This document shows, piece by piece, positions 45,094 through 55,876 of a DNA stretch of 64,000 nt. Where the stretch lies: the IMG/VR virus record IMGVR_UViG_3300034082_002867, positions 8,042 to 72,041 of that record. One strand, given 5' to 3'. How positions within the stretch are numbered: position 1 is the first letter of the stretch; every line of letters begins with the position of its first letter. The stretch comes from a virus. Its lineage: Duplodnaviria; Caudoviricetes. Position numbers and translations under genes: made by a program. The notes under the pieces are model-generated. The model did no database searches, was not told where the DNA came from, and worked only from the letters and a program-made list of their open reading frames with translations.

Positions 45094-47076
45094 TTATCTG
45101 ATTGGACATGCACCACCGGCACATTCGGCCATATCTAGCATTTCAATGTTTCCTGATAGGATGGTAATTAAAGGTTTAACTTTAGCATTGGCTGCTAAAT
45201 ATGCGGCTTCGTCAATTTCTTGATATGGAGCTTGTTTGAATCCATGATCCTTGAACAAAAGAAAACTGACGCTCTTGATATTGTTTTCGTAATTATCTTT
45301 TAGCCAAACTTTGAGAGACTCAAGTTCTTCTGGTTTGTAATAAGCGGTTACAGAAACAGCGTTATCTGACCAAATAGTTTGTAACTTTTTAACCATATCA
45401 AGCTGCTTGATAACATCCATATCCTTTGTAAGGATAGATCCTTCAGGAGTCTTGCATGGGAAATAAACAACAACCGTATCACGATTCTCAGTTCCATCAA
45501 AATTAATAATGAACTCTACATGATAACCCATGTCTTTGCATGTTTGAACGAGACTGTCAGAGCTAGACATGCGTACTGTACGCATATAATATTCACTAAA
45601 AGCTGGATGAACACCGGGAGTAGCTCCACCAAGTAAACTTAATGTTCCGCTGGGTTTGATGGTTGTAAGCTTAATGCTTTCAGGCCAACCACGATGCTTA
45701 CTCCAAGACTTGTCAAAATTGCGTAGAGCAACATAACAATCATCAAGCCAATCAAGCTTATCAAGAGACTGGCACACGCCAGTAACGCCAAGGCCAAGGC
45801 GCATGTTCTTGTGGACAATACGATTAGTTTCTTCGTGTATGAAAGGTAACGCAGCAATAGCCTTTTGAGTTTTATAAAGAAGTTTTGCACAGTCAATTAA
45901 TTCCTCTTTAGAGGTAATGTTGTTTAAATAAAGTTCAGAAAGGTTGCAGCACTCATAATTTGCAAGGCTGATTTCAGCGCATGGATTTGTCATTTCACAA
46001 TTATCTGCATCCGTTGGGTATAAAAGATTTTGAGAAATTGGTCCATCTTTAATACGTCCAAATTTTTGAGAAAGAGGAAGGTTAAAGAATCCATAAGGCT
46101 CACCATTTGCATAACCTGAATCTTTATTTATTTCGTATCCATTTTTCCAAACTTCTTCAAGAACATGATCGTAGCTATCTGCATAGATAGTATTGTTGCT
46201 CATTGCTCGCCAATTTGGAACGTTGCTAGAACCCCAATTCTTGGCGCGAAGATAAAGAATATCATCAGGATCGCCTAGAGCGATTTCCGCACTGCGCCGC
46301 ACATTGCCAGCGACAACAACACTGCCAATAATATTGCAGATATCCAACACATCAATCGAGCGAAGTTTTTTGCCTTCGCGAGCTTGGAATATTTTTGTGA
46401 TTTTATCGATTCCGTCAATAAGGATTTGTGGACCACTAGCTTTTCCGCCAAAACCCTTGATTGGTTCGCCGTAACCTCTGATGAGAATAGTTGAATACGA
46501 AAACGATTTACCTGTAACGTAAAAAGCATCCAGAACTTTAGAAAGTAGATTAACCCAACCTTCGCGTTTATCTGGCACAATATAATCAGCGTCTTTAGTG
46601 GCTTCATGAATAACATTTACACCTTTCTTAATTTTTGGTAGTTCGTGAACATCTTCGCGACGAATACTGTAACCCACACCGCCACCAAGCATTAGATTCT
46701 CAAAGAGAAACAAAAAAGCCTTTGGCTCGCGCATTGCTGTTGCCCAGCAATTAAGAAGAGAATTCGCTCCAAAACGATCTACAGTTGAAGTGCCGAGTTG
46801 CCAAAGCATTCGACCTGCAAAATTGCATTTTAAATTAAAAACGTAATCATAAATACGTTCTGCTTCTTCTTTTGTATATTGTGCGCCAATTTTCTGTGCG
46901 CCATTGATACAACGTTCTACTGTTTCATTCCATTCTTCTGTTGTTCCATCTTCCTTTTGGCGAGCATAAGTTCTTTTGTATACAATATATCCAAGACCGC
47001 TAAAGCCCCAGTTGGGTTGTTTGTTTTTATATTGTGCTAAAAAAGAAGAAGACAGAATATTTAATTCATCGTTCAT
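45094..47076 (-). CDS. nrdJ: class II (adenosylcobalamin-dependent) ribonucleotide reductase, monomeric type
   Basis: LLNC, GNVRRSA, TNPCAEI, TTIKPSGT, C-terminal CAGGAC. Confidence 0.93.
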   Translation of the reverse strand: MNDELNILSSSFLAQYKNKQPNWGFSGLGYIVYKRTYARQKEDGTTEEWNETVERCINGAQKIGAQYTKEEAERIYDYVFNLKCNFAGRMLWQLGTSTVDRFGANSLLNCWATAMREPKAFLFLFENLMLGGGVGYSIRREDVHELPKIKKGVNVIHEATKDADYIVPDKREGWVNLLSKVLDAFYVTGKSFSYSTILIRGYGEPIKGFGGKASGPQILIDGIDKITKIFQAREGKKLRSIDVLDICNIIGSVVVAGNVRRSAEIALGDPDDILYLRAKNWGSSNVPNWRAMSNNTIYADSYDHVLEEVWKNGYEINKDSGYANGEPYGFFNLPLSQKFGRIKDGPISQNLLYPTDADNCEMTNPCAEISLANYECCNLSELYLNNITSKEELIDCAKLLYKTQKAIAALPFIHEETNRIVHKNMRLGLGVTGVCQSLDKLDWLDDCYVALRNFDKSWSKHRGWPESIKLTTIKPSGTLSLLGGATPGVHPAFSEYYMRTVRMSSSDSLVQTCKDMGYHVEFIINFDGTENRDTVVVYFPCKTPEGSILTKDMDVIKQLDMVKKLQTIWSDNAVSVTAYYKPEELESLKVWLKDNYENNIKSVSFLLFKDHGFKQAPYQEIDEAAYLAANAKVKPLITILSGNIEMLDMAECAGGACPIR

Positions 47077-47094
47077 GGTAAAAAGTATTATACA

Positions 47095-48150
47095 CTAGAT
47101 TTTAAAAATCTCTATGTCGTACTTTACCATACGTTCTACGAGGTTGTCAAAGGAAATTTTCGGTTTCCAACCTAATTCTTTTCTGGCTGGAGTCGAGTCT
47201 CCCAAAAGAAGCTCAACTTCGGCGGGCCTGTAAAATTTAGGATTAATTTTAACTAAAATAGACGATTGAATTTCATTTTTAATGGCGTATTCAGTAGACA
47301 CGCTCATCTGTTCTTCTTGTCCGCATCCATGCCAAACACCTTCGATCCCGGCGCAAACAAAAGATTTATTAATGAATTCCCTAATTGTGTGTGTTTCGTT
47401 GCTTGAGAGAACGTAATCTTTTGGTTTTTCTTGATTCATTATTTTCCAAACGCCATCGACAAAATCTTCAGAATCTGACCAGTCTCTTTGAGCGTCTAAA
47501 TTTCCAAGTTCAATTGGAGAGAATGGTTGATTGTTTTTAATAGCATGGTGTATGCGAGCAACGCCTTTGCTGATTTTTCTTGTTACAAATTCTTCTCCAC
47601 GTTTAGTTCCTTCGTGATTAAAAAGAATGCCATGCACAGCATATAGATTATAAGATTCACGATAAACTTTAACCAAATGACGAGCAGCGGCTTTGCTTGC
47701 TCCGTATGGGCTTCTTGGTCTAACTGGATGAAGAATGTCTTGTGGATTATATTGAACATCTCCAAATTCTTCGCTAGACCCAGCGGAATAAAATCGACAC
47801 TTTGGTTGAAAACGACGAATAGCTTCAAGGCATCTTGCTACACCAGTAGCGTTGACATCGAAAGTTTGCAAAGGTATTTCCCAACTGCATCCAACAAAAC
47901 TTTGTGCGCCAAAATTAATAAAATAGTCTGGTTGAATATCTCTTACAATATTGTCTAAACTTATAGAATCAGCAAGATCGCCATATACAAATTTAAATCT
48001 AGTATTTTTAATGAATGCATTACAATTTATAAAATTAGGATTAGAGGTTCTTCGCATCATGCCATAAATTTGAGCGTCAGTATTCTTAAGCAAATATTCG
48101 CACATGTTTGCGCCATCTTGTCCTAAAATTCCAGTTATAATTATTTTCAT
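47095..48150 (-). CDS. gmd: GDP-mannose 4,6-dehydratase
   Basis: ITGILGQDG, AQSFV, PRSPYGASK, LFNHE, GNLDAQRDW. Confidence 0.95.
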   Translation of the reverse strand: MKIIITGILGQDGANMCEYLLKNTDAQIYGMMRRTSNPNFINCNAFIKNTRFKFVYGDLADSISLDNIVRDIQPDYFINFGAQSFVGCSWEIPLQTFDVNATGVARCLEAIRRFQPKCRFYSAGSSEEFGDVQYNPQDILHPVRPRSPYGASKAAARHLVKVYRESYNLYAVHGILFNHEGTKRGEEFVTRKISKGVARIHHAIKNNQPFSPIELGNLDAQRDWSDSEDFVDGVWKIMNQEKPKDYVLSSNETHTIREFINKSFVCAGIEGVWHGCGQEEQMSVSTEYAIKNEIQSSILVKINPKFYRPAEVELLLGDSTPARKELGWKPKISFDNLVERMVKYDIEIFKI

Positions 48151-48590
48151 ATATTTTGATATTTTATAACGTAGTCAGTGCATATTCCATAACATATTGA
48201 TAGATCACCATCAAAACCTAGTTCTGGTAGTACGCAGATACTATTGGTAAATAATTTTTTATTTGGATAAGTCCAAATATATTTCTTACTTGTTAAAATC
48301 CAATCTTCAGTAGTATGCCAAAATACATTGAAATTGAAGTTTTTATCATTAAGCAATTTATAAAATACTTCACCATTTTTAGCGTGTAACCAAAATCGAG
48401 AATCAAATAAAAAATTATATTTTATTTCGTATCTAGGATCATCATGACCTAAATAAAATTTATTATTAATAAACCAAACGTCGATTTCAACGTTATGACC
48501 TAATTTAATTGCTTCATTTATATAATCAGGATGATTTTCTTTTTCTGGATTTGATCCATTTATATTACCGCGATGTGCTATCAACTTCAT
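48147..48590 (-). CDS. short GDPD-like (PLC-like phosphodiesterase) protein
   Basis: IAHRGN, VEIDVW, LGHD, WLHAKN, ICTDY. Confidence 0.65.
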   Translation of the reverse strand: MKLIAHRGNINGSNPEKENHPDYINEAIKLGHNVEIDVWFINNKFYLGHDDPRYEIKYNFLFDSRFWLHAKNGEVFYKLLNDKNFNFNVFWHTTEDWILTSKKYIWTYPNKKLFTNSICVLPELGFDGDLSICYGICTDYVIKYQNI

Positions 48591-49293
48591 AATTTTTTAA
48601 AAAATATTGCAAATCTTCAGGAGTTCCTAGTCCCCACATTTTTTCTATATTATATGTTTTGATTTTTTTTCCGTCTTGGATGGCTTCGTTAAATACAGGG
48701 CATACATAAAATTCATTATTAACTCTAATGTTTTTATTTATCATCTGTTCGGAATATTTAACGTATTGGCTACCTTTTTTCCAAAAATATATTCCAGCGG
48801 TAGCTATATCGCTTATAACTTTTTTTTCTGCAACTTCTATAACATGACCATTTTCATTTAATTTTACGAAACTCCATTTAGCATCTGTATTATTAAATAC
48901 GGTTATGTTTCCATCTATTTCATTGTGTAAGCATTCATTAAAAAAGTTTTTAGCATTCCATTCGAAAAAATGATCGCTATTAGAAATAAATAAAGGATCA
49001 TTGGTATTTATATATTCTTTCGCTAATAAAGTTGTGCAAGCAGCGCCTTCAGTTAAGCGATCTGTTTCAATTATTTTACAGTTTTTAGATATTTTTTTAA
49101 GAATATTATCTAAGTCATATAATTGCCTATGTTCCTTTTGAACAATAAATATATATTGACCTTCAACATTTAAATTCTCAACAACATGTTGAATCATTGG
49201 TTTTCCTCTTATATCTATTAAAGGTTTAGGTAGATCATATCCTGCATTTTTAAATCGACTTCCAGCACCAGCCATTGGTATTAAAATATTCAT
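48565..49293 (-). CDS. sugar-phosphate nucleotidyltransferase
   Basis: IPMAGAGSRF, PKPLI, NSD, VAEK, GLGTPEDL. Confidence 0.85.
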   Translation of the reverse strand: MNILIPMAGAGSRFKNAGYDLPKPLIDIRGKPMIQHVVENLNVEGQYIFIVQKEHRQLYDLDNILKKISKNCKIIETDRLTEGAACTTLLAKEYINTNDPLFISNSDHFFEWNAKNFFNECLHNEIDGNITVFNNTDAKWSFVKLNENGHVIEVAEKKVISDIATAGIYFWKKGSQYVKYSEQMINKNIRVNNEFYVCPVFNEAIQDGKKIKTYNIEKMWGLGTPEDLQYFLKNYEVDSTSR

Positions 49294-49619
49294 ATTTTTT
49301 TTATGATATCTATTTTATCGTTCTTAGAGGGGGTTTTCACTACTATTATTTCGCAGTCTTCTATAAATTCAGGATCTGAAATTTCATAAGGATAGACAAC
49401 GAATATATCATTTTTTTGTAATATTTTATTTTGGAATTTAATTTTTCCGTTTATTATCAAATTTATTTCTACTACATCTGTATGGTAGTGCGGATTCCAA
49501 ATATCAGATTTGAGATGTTTTTTAAAAGCGACTTCAAAGTCATCGGTTTTATACGCTGTAGGGTTAAAATTTCCTACAAACCATCCTCCTTTCATGTTGT
49601 TAAAATCGAATATGTTCAT
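49290..49619 (-). CDS. cupin, possible sugar epimerase/isomerase
   Basis: GGWFVGNF, HYH, EINL, VVKTPS. Confidence 0.7.
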   Translation of the reverse strand: MNIFDFNNMKGGWFVGNFNPTAYKTDDFEVAFKKHLKSDIWNPHYHTDVVEINLIINGKIKFQNKILQKNDIFVVYPYEISDPEFIEDCEIIVVKTPSKNDKIDIIKKI

Positions 49620-50668
49620 TTTGACATTTCAGATTGAATCATTTTATAAATAATTTTATCAATTGAATGGTTAAGTTTCCAATTTGGATAGTCTTTGTTA
49701 AATTTATTTAAATTGGTTATATACCATTTGTGGTCTCCTATTCTGTTTTCTTCTAAAATTGTATGTTTATTCCAATTGATATTGGCTATATTATTAATTT
49801 TTTCTATAGCTTCAATTATAGATATAGAGTTTTCTCTGCCTCCTCCAGCATTATAAACTTCGCCTTTTTTAGGATTTAAGTGAAAACTCCAAAACATATC
49901 TACTAAATCGTTACTATAAATATTATCTCTAACTTGTTTACCTTTATATCCAAAAATATTATATGATTTATTCTTGATCATGCATTTAATCAAATAAGAT
50001 AAAAATCCATGCATTTCTGAACCTTTATGATTTTGCCCAGTTAAACAGCCGCCTCTAAATGATACAGTGTTCAGATCAAAGTATTTACCATACTCTTGAA
50101 CCATAATATCTGCTGAAACTTTAGAAGCTCCAAAAACAGAATGTTTACAATTATCTATAGACATAGATTCATCTATAGATGAAGGAATATTATTTTCAAA
50201 AAAATCAAATCTTTTTTCTAATTCTGTTAAGTTTAAAAAATTAGGTCTGTCTCCGTAAACCTTATTAGTTGAAGTGAATATAAAACTAGCCTTTGGGCAA
50301 TACTTTCTAAACATTTCTAACAAATTAATTGTGCCTAAAGCGTTTATTGAAAAATCTGTAATAGGTTCTTTTGCTGCCCAGTCATGAGATGGTTGGGCCG
50401 CTGTATGTATTACAATAGATATGTCAGAATTAAATTTATTGAAAATCATTTCAAGATTTGATAAATCTCTTATATCTATATTAAAAGATTGAAAATTTTG
50501 AAATTCTTGTTTTAGACTATGTTCGACTTCCGAGGTAGAGCATTCTTGTCCAAAAAAATAAGATCTCATGTCATTGTCAATCCCAATAACTCTAAAGCCT
50601 TTTTTTGAAAAAAATTCAACACAAGAAGATCCAATCAATCCAGAAGATCCAGTTATTAAAGCTATCAT
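49616..50668 (-). CDS. NAD-dependent sugar epimerase (CDP-paratose 2-epimerase-like)
   Basis: TGSSGLIG, HTAAQPSHD, STNKVYG, FGASK, GKQVRD. Confidence 0.85.
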   Translation of the reverse strand: MIALITGSSGLIGSSCVEFFSKKGFRVIGIDNDMRSYFFGQECSTSEVEHSLKQEFQNFQSFNIDIRDLSNLEMIFNKFNSDISIVIHTAAQPSHDWAAKEPITDFSINALGTINLLEMFRKYCPKASFIFTSTNKVYGDRPNFLNLTELEKRFDFFENNIPSSIDESMSIDNCKHSVFGASKVSADIMVQEYGKYFDLNTVSFRGGCLTGQNHKGSEMHGFLSYLIKCMIKNKSYNIFGYKGKQVRDNIYSNDLVDMFWSFHLNPKKGEVYNAGGGRENSISIIEAIEKINNIANINWNKHTILEENRIGDHKWYITNLNKFNKDYPNWKLNHSIDKIIYKMIQSEMSK

Positions 50669-51294
50669 AATTCGTTATTCTTATAAACATCATCTATGAT
50701 TAACCTGTTAACAAATGTAAAATTAGCTTTCTCTAAAACTTGTTTAATTTGATAATTGTTATAATTATTTTCGACTGAAATATATTTTATTTTAAATTTT
50801 GAAAAGTCTATTTTTTTTAAAATTTCAATTTCGCCACCTTCTACATCAATTGATAAAAAATCAATATTGTATAAATTATATTTTGACAGCAAAGCGTTGA
50901 TGTCTACGCATTGTATTTCTATTTCAATTGATTTTTGATTAAAAGATTGTATTTCAGAATCTATTCTTTTTTTATGTTCGCCTTCGTAACAATCGATTAA
51001 TCCACTTAACATTTCTGAATAGCCCTCAATTATCTTAAATTTTTTTATATCGTTTTCTTTCCAAGCTGCAACTTGTTCGCAAAAACAATTTCTATTTTTA
51101 ATTAATTTTTTAAATACAGATGGAATAGGTTCTATGCATAGACCTTCCCAGTCTAAATATTTTTCAAAAAAATAAGAATTGCTTCCATCTATTCCATCGT
51201 AAGCTCCAATGTCTACGAAGATGCCATTTCTTTTGTTTTTAAAAAAGTTTTCGTTTAGAAATTCATCTTGTTTGTATTGGGAAAAATATTTCAT
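50665..51294 (-). CDS. FkbM-family methyltransferase
   Basis: FVDIGAYDG, SNSYFFE, IEP, LSIDVEG. Confidence 0.9.
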   Translation of the reverse strand: MKYFSQYKQDEFLNENFFKNKRNGIFVDIGAYDGIDGSNSYFFEKYLDWEGLCIEPIPSVFKKLIKNRNCFCEQVAAWKENDIKKFKIIEGYSEMLSGLIDCYEGEHKKRIDSEIQSFNQKSIEIEIQCVDINALLSKYNLYNIDFLSIDVEGGEIEILKKIDFSKFKIKYISVENNYNNYQIKQVLEKANFTFVNRLIIDDVYKNNEL

Positions 51295-51299
51295 TTATT

Positions 51300-52043
51300 T
51301 TACTCTCTTATTAAATTATATTCTAAATCAACAGTGGAAATGCTAATTTTATTTATTCCGCGACTTATGTATCCAAGATAAGCTTCGGCATAAACAAATG
51401 GATAAATATCATTATATATTTTTTCAAAATTTGGATATATTTCACAACATATATTTATATTTTTAGAAGAACCCATTAACCAAGTGTCAGACAAACTACT
51501 ATAAGAAAAATTGGACTTTGTTGGATAACTATCGTTCATTCTGCATTCTTGATACTTTTTTGCACAAAAAATATTATTTTCGTAGTTATCATTAATTAGT
51601 TTTAATATATCTAGTTGCTGATTGTATTCTATGTCAATTCTTGTTTTTATAACTAAATCATATATAAATCCATTTTCATGTTCGTATTCTTTTTTTAGTT
51701 GATTGCAACGATACATTGAATAAAACATACTGGCAAGTTTTGTTTGTTTAGCTGTTGGAAGATCTACCAAGTGAGAAAATTCTTCAAAATTTTTAGGTTG
51801 CTCTAAAATTATTTTTTTTGGAGAAAGGTTGTTGAGAATAGATTCTGTTTTTTCACTTTGATGTCCAGTTTTAGAATCTAAATAAAATTGAGAAGAATCA
51901 AATTTTTTATTTTTATTGTTTTTATCGTACCAGTTATGAATAAATATATCAACATTATTATTTTTTAAAATATTTTTTTGAAAACTGTCAACCCCTTTTT
52001 CTACAAATCTCGGTTGACCTGATAGACAAAAGGCTATTTTCAT
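51300..52043 (-). CDS. putative glycosyltransferase-like protein
   Basis: KIAFCLSGQPR, SMFYS, YDLVIKTRID; start placed at MKIAF. Confidence 0.6.
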   Translation of the reverse strand: MKIAFCLSGQPRFVEKGVDSFQKNILKNNNVDIFIHNWYDKNNKNKKFDSSQFYLDSKTGHQSEKTESILNNLSPKKIILEQPKNFEEFSHLVDLPTAKQTKLASMFYSMYRCNQLKKEYEHENGFIYDLVIKTRIDIEYNQQLDILKLINDNYENNIFCAKKYQECRMNDSYPTKSNFSYSSLSDTWLMGSSKNINICCEIYPNFEKIYNDIYPFVYAEAYLGYISRGINKISISTVDLEYNLIRE

Positions 52044-52867
52044 TTTTGGATGTTTGGTGATAGATATTGTTTCCATAAGTAGTCTTCTGCAACTTTATAC
52101 TGCAAAGCTAAATGGAAGTTTTGTATTATAATGTTTTTATTTTTTGTATAAAAATCTAATAAAAAATTTTTGTTTTCTACTATTTCTCTAACTTCTTCTA
52201 AAGTATTAAATGTAAAAAACCCATTCTTATCAAAGAAATTACCGATTGATGGGCATCCCCAATAAATTGGAATAACTCCAGTAAGAAAACAATCTATAAT
52301 TTTTTCTGTAAAATAACAATCTTCTTTACAGTTTTCAATTACAATAGAGTATTTAAAATTTTTACAGGATTCTATTTTTGGAACATGAATACCGTTTTGT
52401 CCGCTTCCCATTACGTTGACAAAATCGGATAAGGTGTTTGCTATTTGAAAACGAATATTATGTCCAGGAGCAAATCGTTTGAAAGAATACATCATAGATA
52501 CTAATTTATTTTTTTCGTGTTCGTATGATATATCGTTTTCATTTATGTGGCAACCTCCGATTGGGAGAAGATGTGCATTAGGTCTTTCTAAAATCCTGTT
52601 TGAATGAGTAAAAATTTTGTCAAACTTATTCCAATTTTCATAAATATAACTGTATGCTTGCGGAGTAACTGCTGGCGACTCAACTAGCCATGCGTATTTT
52701 TTTATATTAGAATATGAATCAACTTTATGTAAATTATTATCGGTAAAAAAAAGAATATTACCATCAATATTTTTGAAATCCCATTCGAAAAACGTTGGTT
52801 TAAACCAATTGCTTGATGAATAGGCGTGTGAAAATAAATTATCGATTATAGAAATTTTAGGAAGCAT
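52040..52867 (-). CDS. GT10 fucosyltransferase-like protein
   Basis: YSIVIEN, YFTEKIIDCFLTGVIPIYWG. Confidence 0.8.
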   Translation of the reverse strand: MLPKISIIDNLFSHAYSSSNWFKPTFFEWDFKNIDGNILFFTDNNLHKVDSYSNIKKYAWLVESPAVTPQAYSYIYENWNKFDKIFTHSNRILERPNAHLLPIGGCHINENDISYEHEKNKLVSMMYSFKRFAPGHNIRFQIANTLSDFVNVMGSGQNGIHVPKIESCKNFKYSIVIENCKEDCYFTEKIIDCFLTGVIPIYWGCPSIGNFFDKNGFFTFNTLEEVREIVENKNFLLDFYTKNKNIIIQNFHLALQYKVAEDYLWKQYLSPNIQK

Positions 52868-52870
52868 TTT

Positions 52871-53545
52871 TTATTTTTCAGTTGTTAGTATTTGTTCAAG
52901 TCGATCATACGTTTCCCAATTAGCAGCAAAAGATGGGAAAATTTGTAATCTTTCTTTATTTATTAATTGTTTCCAAACATCAATCCAATTGTCGCATGGA
53001 GATATAATTTTATTTACTATAGATGGAGTTAACGCTTGTAGACCGCTCGCGCATATACTGCATCCTTTATATGAAGACCCTCTGCCTATAGAAGTGACTT
53101 TATATTTTAATTGTTTATCTTTGCATTTAATAAAATCAGGATTCATTCCTTTTTTATATTTTACTGGTAAAATATAAGAGTCTTCTTCAGAAATATATTC
53201 TTTATTCAATTGTTTAAAATTAAAAGACATAATGATATCACAAGGCATGATAATTACAGGTTTATTTATATATTTAATTACGGTATTAAATAAAAAATAA
53301 GAATTGTCTTGACTTATTGTGTTTATTAGGCCGCTAACTTTTTTTTCAATATGAGAAGTTAATAATTCTGATTTATAGTTATATGTTACATAAATATTGT
53401 TTATGCCATTTTCTTTTAAATTATCTATGCAATGATCGATTAATGTTTTGTTTTTTACTTTAACGAGCGGCTTGGGTACATAATCAGAAACAGGAAACAT
53501 TCTAGCTCCTTTGCCTCCTGCCATTATTATAGCCGTATCAAACAT
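52871..53545 (-). CDS. nucleotidyltransferase
   Basis: IMAGGKGARM, PKPLV, MPCD. Confidence 0.8.
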   Translation of the reverse strand: MFDTAIIMAGGKGARMFPVSDYVPKPLVKVKNKTLIDHCIDNLKENGINNIYVTYNYKSELLTSHIEKKVSGLINTISQDNSYFLFNTVIKYINKPVIIMPCDIIMSFNFKQLNKEYISEEDSYILPVKYKKGMNPDFIKCKDKQLKYKVTSIGRGSSYKGCSICASGLQALTPSIVNKIISPCDNWIDVWKQLINKERLQIFPSFAANWETYDRLEQILTTEK

Positions 53546-53547
53546 GA

Positions 53548-54495
53548 TTAAATTGAATCAGAATGCGCGTTTAGCAGTTTAATAATTTCTTCTTCGGTTA
53601 ATCGAATTGCATTTCCAGAGTGAAGTGTATTTGTTAATGGATTTTTAGATTTTTCATTTGGTGATATAACGAAATGTTTAACATTATCAATTGCCAATTC
53701 CTCGCAAAAAGGTAATTCAGCTTCTCCCATTAGATATTCGTCAAGTCTATCTCCAGGTCTACCTTCTATTTTTTCATAAGTTCCACCAAACGTTTTAACC
53801 CAACATTTTAATATGTCTTCCATTTGGGCTGACTTCATTTCTCTAGATAATATTTTACCTGCAATAGTTTCTTTTAAATTAATAGCATTAATAACAAGAT
53901 TTACAGCTTCATCAATTGTAAAAAAGAATCTTCTCATCTCTGGTCCTGTAGTCTTTAAAATTTTAGTGTCTTCCCACATTTTTTTCCATAGAGGAAGAAC
54001 AGATCCAGTTGACCATGCAACATTTCCATATCTAACGCATGCAAATTTAGTATTGGTTTTTCCGTTCATTAAACAGAACATTTTTTCCATAGTTGCTTTA
54101 GATATTCCATAGATATTTCTAATTGGAGGTGCAGCTTTATCAGTAGAAATTCCAATTACATATTCTACGCCACACTCTATTGCCACTCTGGCTATATTTT
54201 GAGATCCAACCACGTTTACATCTATCGTTTCCATTGGATATTTTTCAGATAGATCAACAAATTTAGTTGCAGCAGCATGAATAATAATATCTGGTTTTAC
54301 AGTATTAATAACATCTCTTACTGAATTTATATTTGATACATCTAGTGGTAAGCTTTCGCAATCAGTTATTTTACTTGCATAAAAATTATTTTTATTATTT
54401 CGCGAACCAAGATATACTTTATAGTTTGATTTTAGTGATTGCGCGAGATTTCTTCCTAAAAATCCGCTGCCTCCTGTAATTAATATCTTTTTCAT
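53548..54495 (-). CDS. UDP-sugar 4,6-dehydratase (PseB/CapD-like)
   Basis: TGGSGFLG, HAAATK, ISTDKA, YGISK, VRYGNV, GSV. Confidence 0.85.
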   Translation of the reverse strand: MKKILITGGSGFLGRNLAQSLKSNYKVYLGSRNNKNNFYASKITDCESLPLDVSNINSVRDVINTVKPDIIIHAAATKFVDLSEKYPMETIDVNVVGSQNIARVAIECGVEYVIGISTDKAAPPIRNIYGISKATMEKMFCLMNGKTNTKFACVRYGNVAWSTGSVLPLWKKMWEDTKILKTTGPEMRRFFFTIDEAVNLVINAINLKETIAGKILSREMKSAQMEDILKCWVKTFGGTYEKIEGRPGDRLDEYLMGEAELPFCEELAIDNVKHFVISPNEKSKNPLTNTLHSGNAIRLTEEEIIKLLNAHSDSI

Positions 54496-54496
54496 T

Positions 54497-55876
54497 TTAT
54501 TGATTGCTTTTTTCAGTGCTGCTATTTGTACCGATGTGTTTACAATAGCTATTCTTTAAACATGCTGAAATTTTTCCAGAAGAAAAATATTTATTTCCAA
54601 CTCCGCTTTCTTCATTATACTGTTTATAAGGTTTTATTTCATTATAATCAGATAATTTTCTTAAGCCGGGATTCCAAGAAAATCCATGCCACACACCAAG
54701 ATAACCGGGAATATATTCGTGATAAAAATTTTCTTTATTTGTTTTTAGAGTGTTTGAAACTGGATGCATACTTCCTTTTTCTCCATCGAATCTTACTCTT
54801 AAATTAACGTTTATTATTCTTTTATCAAATTTTAATAAATCTATAGATTTTTGAATAAATCCTTTATCGAAAAATTCCCAATCATCTTCGCAATGAAAAA
54901 TATATTCAGTTTCTACAAAAGAATAGGCTTTATCTATGCTGGCAACTTGACCTATATTTTCTTCATTTATTATGATTTGACAATTTTTTAAATTTTTTGT
55001 TATTTTTTTTAAATTTTCTTCTGTATTTTTTCTTCCAGAATTTTCAATTATGATATATTTTTCTATTGGATAAGTGTTATTTTTTACAAATGAATTAATA
55101 GTTTTTTCAAGCAAATCGAATCTTGCGCATGAAGTAAATACCGCTGTAACTAAATCATCTTTAAATATCGACTCAGCAAAATGATTATAGTTATTTAACA
55201 TCCAATTTTTATAATTATATGTATTTTGTTCAATGTCGGAAAAATCTTCTTGCTGAAGAATTAAAAGAGGATTTATTATAAAAGCGTTACTGAAATAAAG
55301 GACTTCTTGATTTAAAAATACATCGATAGTTCCTTTTTTAATAATCCATTGTACGATATTATCTACATAACCTATTTTTTGAGCTGTTTTTTGCATTCCG
55401 CTTCGATTGAAAGCTATTGCGTGTGTAGTATGACATGACTTAACTTGATATAGAGATTTTGAATATTTTTCTATTGGAGCTTTACCGTATACATCAGTCA
55501 GGTTTCCTCCTAAATATAAGACGTCCCAATCAGATGGAAGTTCTGCCAAACTGTTTTTTAAATTTGATAAAACGTCTATTTGTGCGTCATTTATTTCAAA
55601 ATCATCTTCTAAAACTAAATAATTAGAATAATTATTATCTAAAGCTTTCTTTAGTATAGTCATATGAGATAACGTGCATCCTGCTTGTCCTAGCAATTTT
55701 TTAAATTCAATGTTTTCGTGTTTTAGTTTAAAAGCCGAGAATCTTTCGACTTTATTTAAAATTCCTAATTTTTTAAATTTTTCTTGACACTTTGCCCATC
55801 TGTCTGTTCTGTGGTCTAAATTAATGCAATATATTTTTTCAAAAAAATCAAATGGATTGTTCATATTTTGTTCCAA
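54497..55876 (-). CDS. GT25 plus GT2 fusion glycosyltransferase
   Basis: INLDHRTDRW, GCTLSH, VLEDD; second domain TSCARFDLL, FHCEDDW. Confidence 0.85.
   Translation of the reverse strand: MEQNMNNPFDFFEKIYCINLDHRTDRWAKCQEKFKKLGILNKVERFSAFKLKHENIEFKKLLGQAGCTLSHMTILKKALDNNYSNYLVLEDDFEINDAQIDVLSNLKNSLAELPSDWDVLYLGGNLTDVYGKAPIEKYSKSLYQVKSCHTTHAIAFNRSGMQKTAQKIGYVDNIVQWIIKKGTIDVFLNQEVLYFSNAFIINPLLILQQEDFSDIEQNTYNYKNWMLNNYNHFAESIFKDDLVTAVFTSCARFDLLEKTINSFVKNNTYPIEKYIIIENSGRKNTEENLKKITKNLKNCQIIINEENIGQVASIDKAYSFVETEYIFHCEDDWEFFDKGFIQKSIDLLKFDKRIINVNLRVRFDGEKGSMHPVSNTLKTNKENFYHEYIPGYLGVWHGFSWNPGLRKLSDYNEIKPYKQYNEESGVGNKYFSSGKISACLKNSYCKHIGTNSSTEKSNQ

Noticed and set aside
32661-47076. Inteins in DnaE, DnaB, RecA or NrdJ
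   Set aside because: Lengths are normal, and I saw no C/S...HN-C/S/T junctions or LAGLIDADG blocks.
1383-54807. Many 60-120 aa antisense or alternate-frame track ORFs (e.g. 1383..1628, 9142..9444, 11756..12124, 34680..35003, 53813..54112)
   Set aside because: They lie fully within well-supported genes on the other strand or frame and show no motifs.
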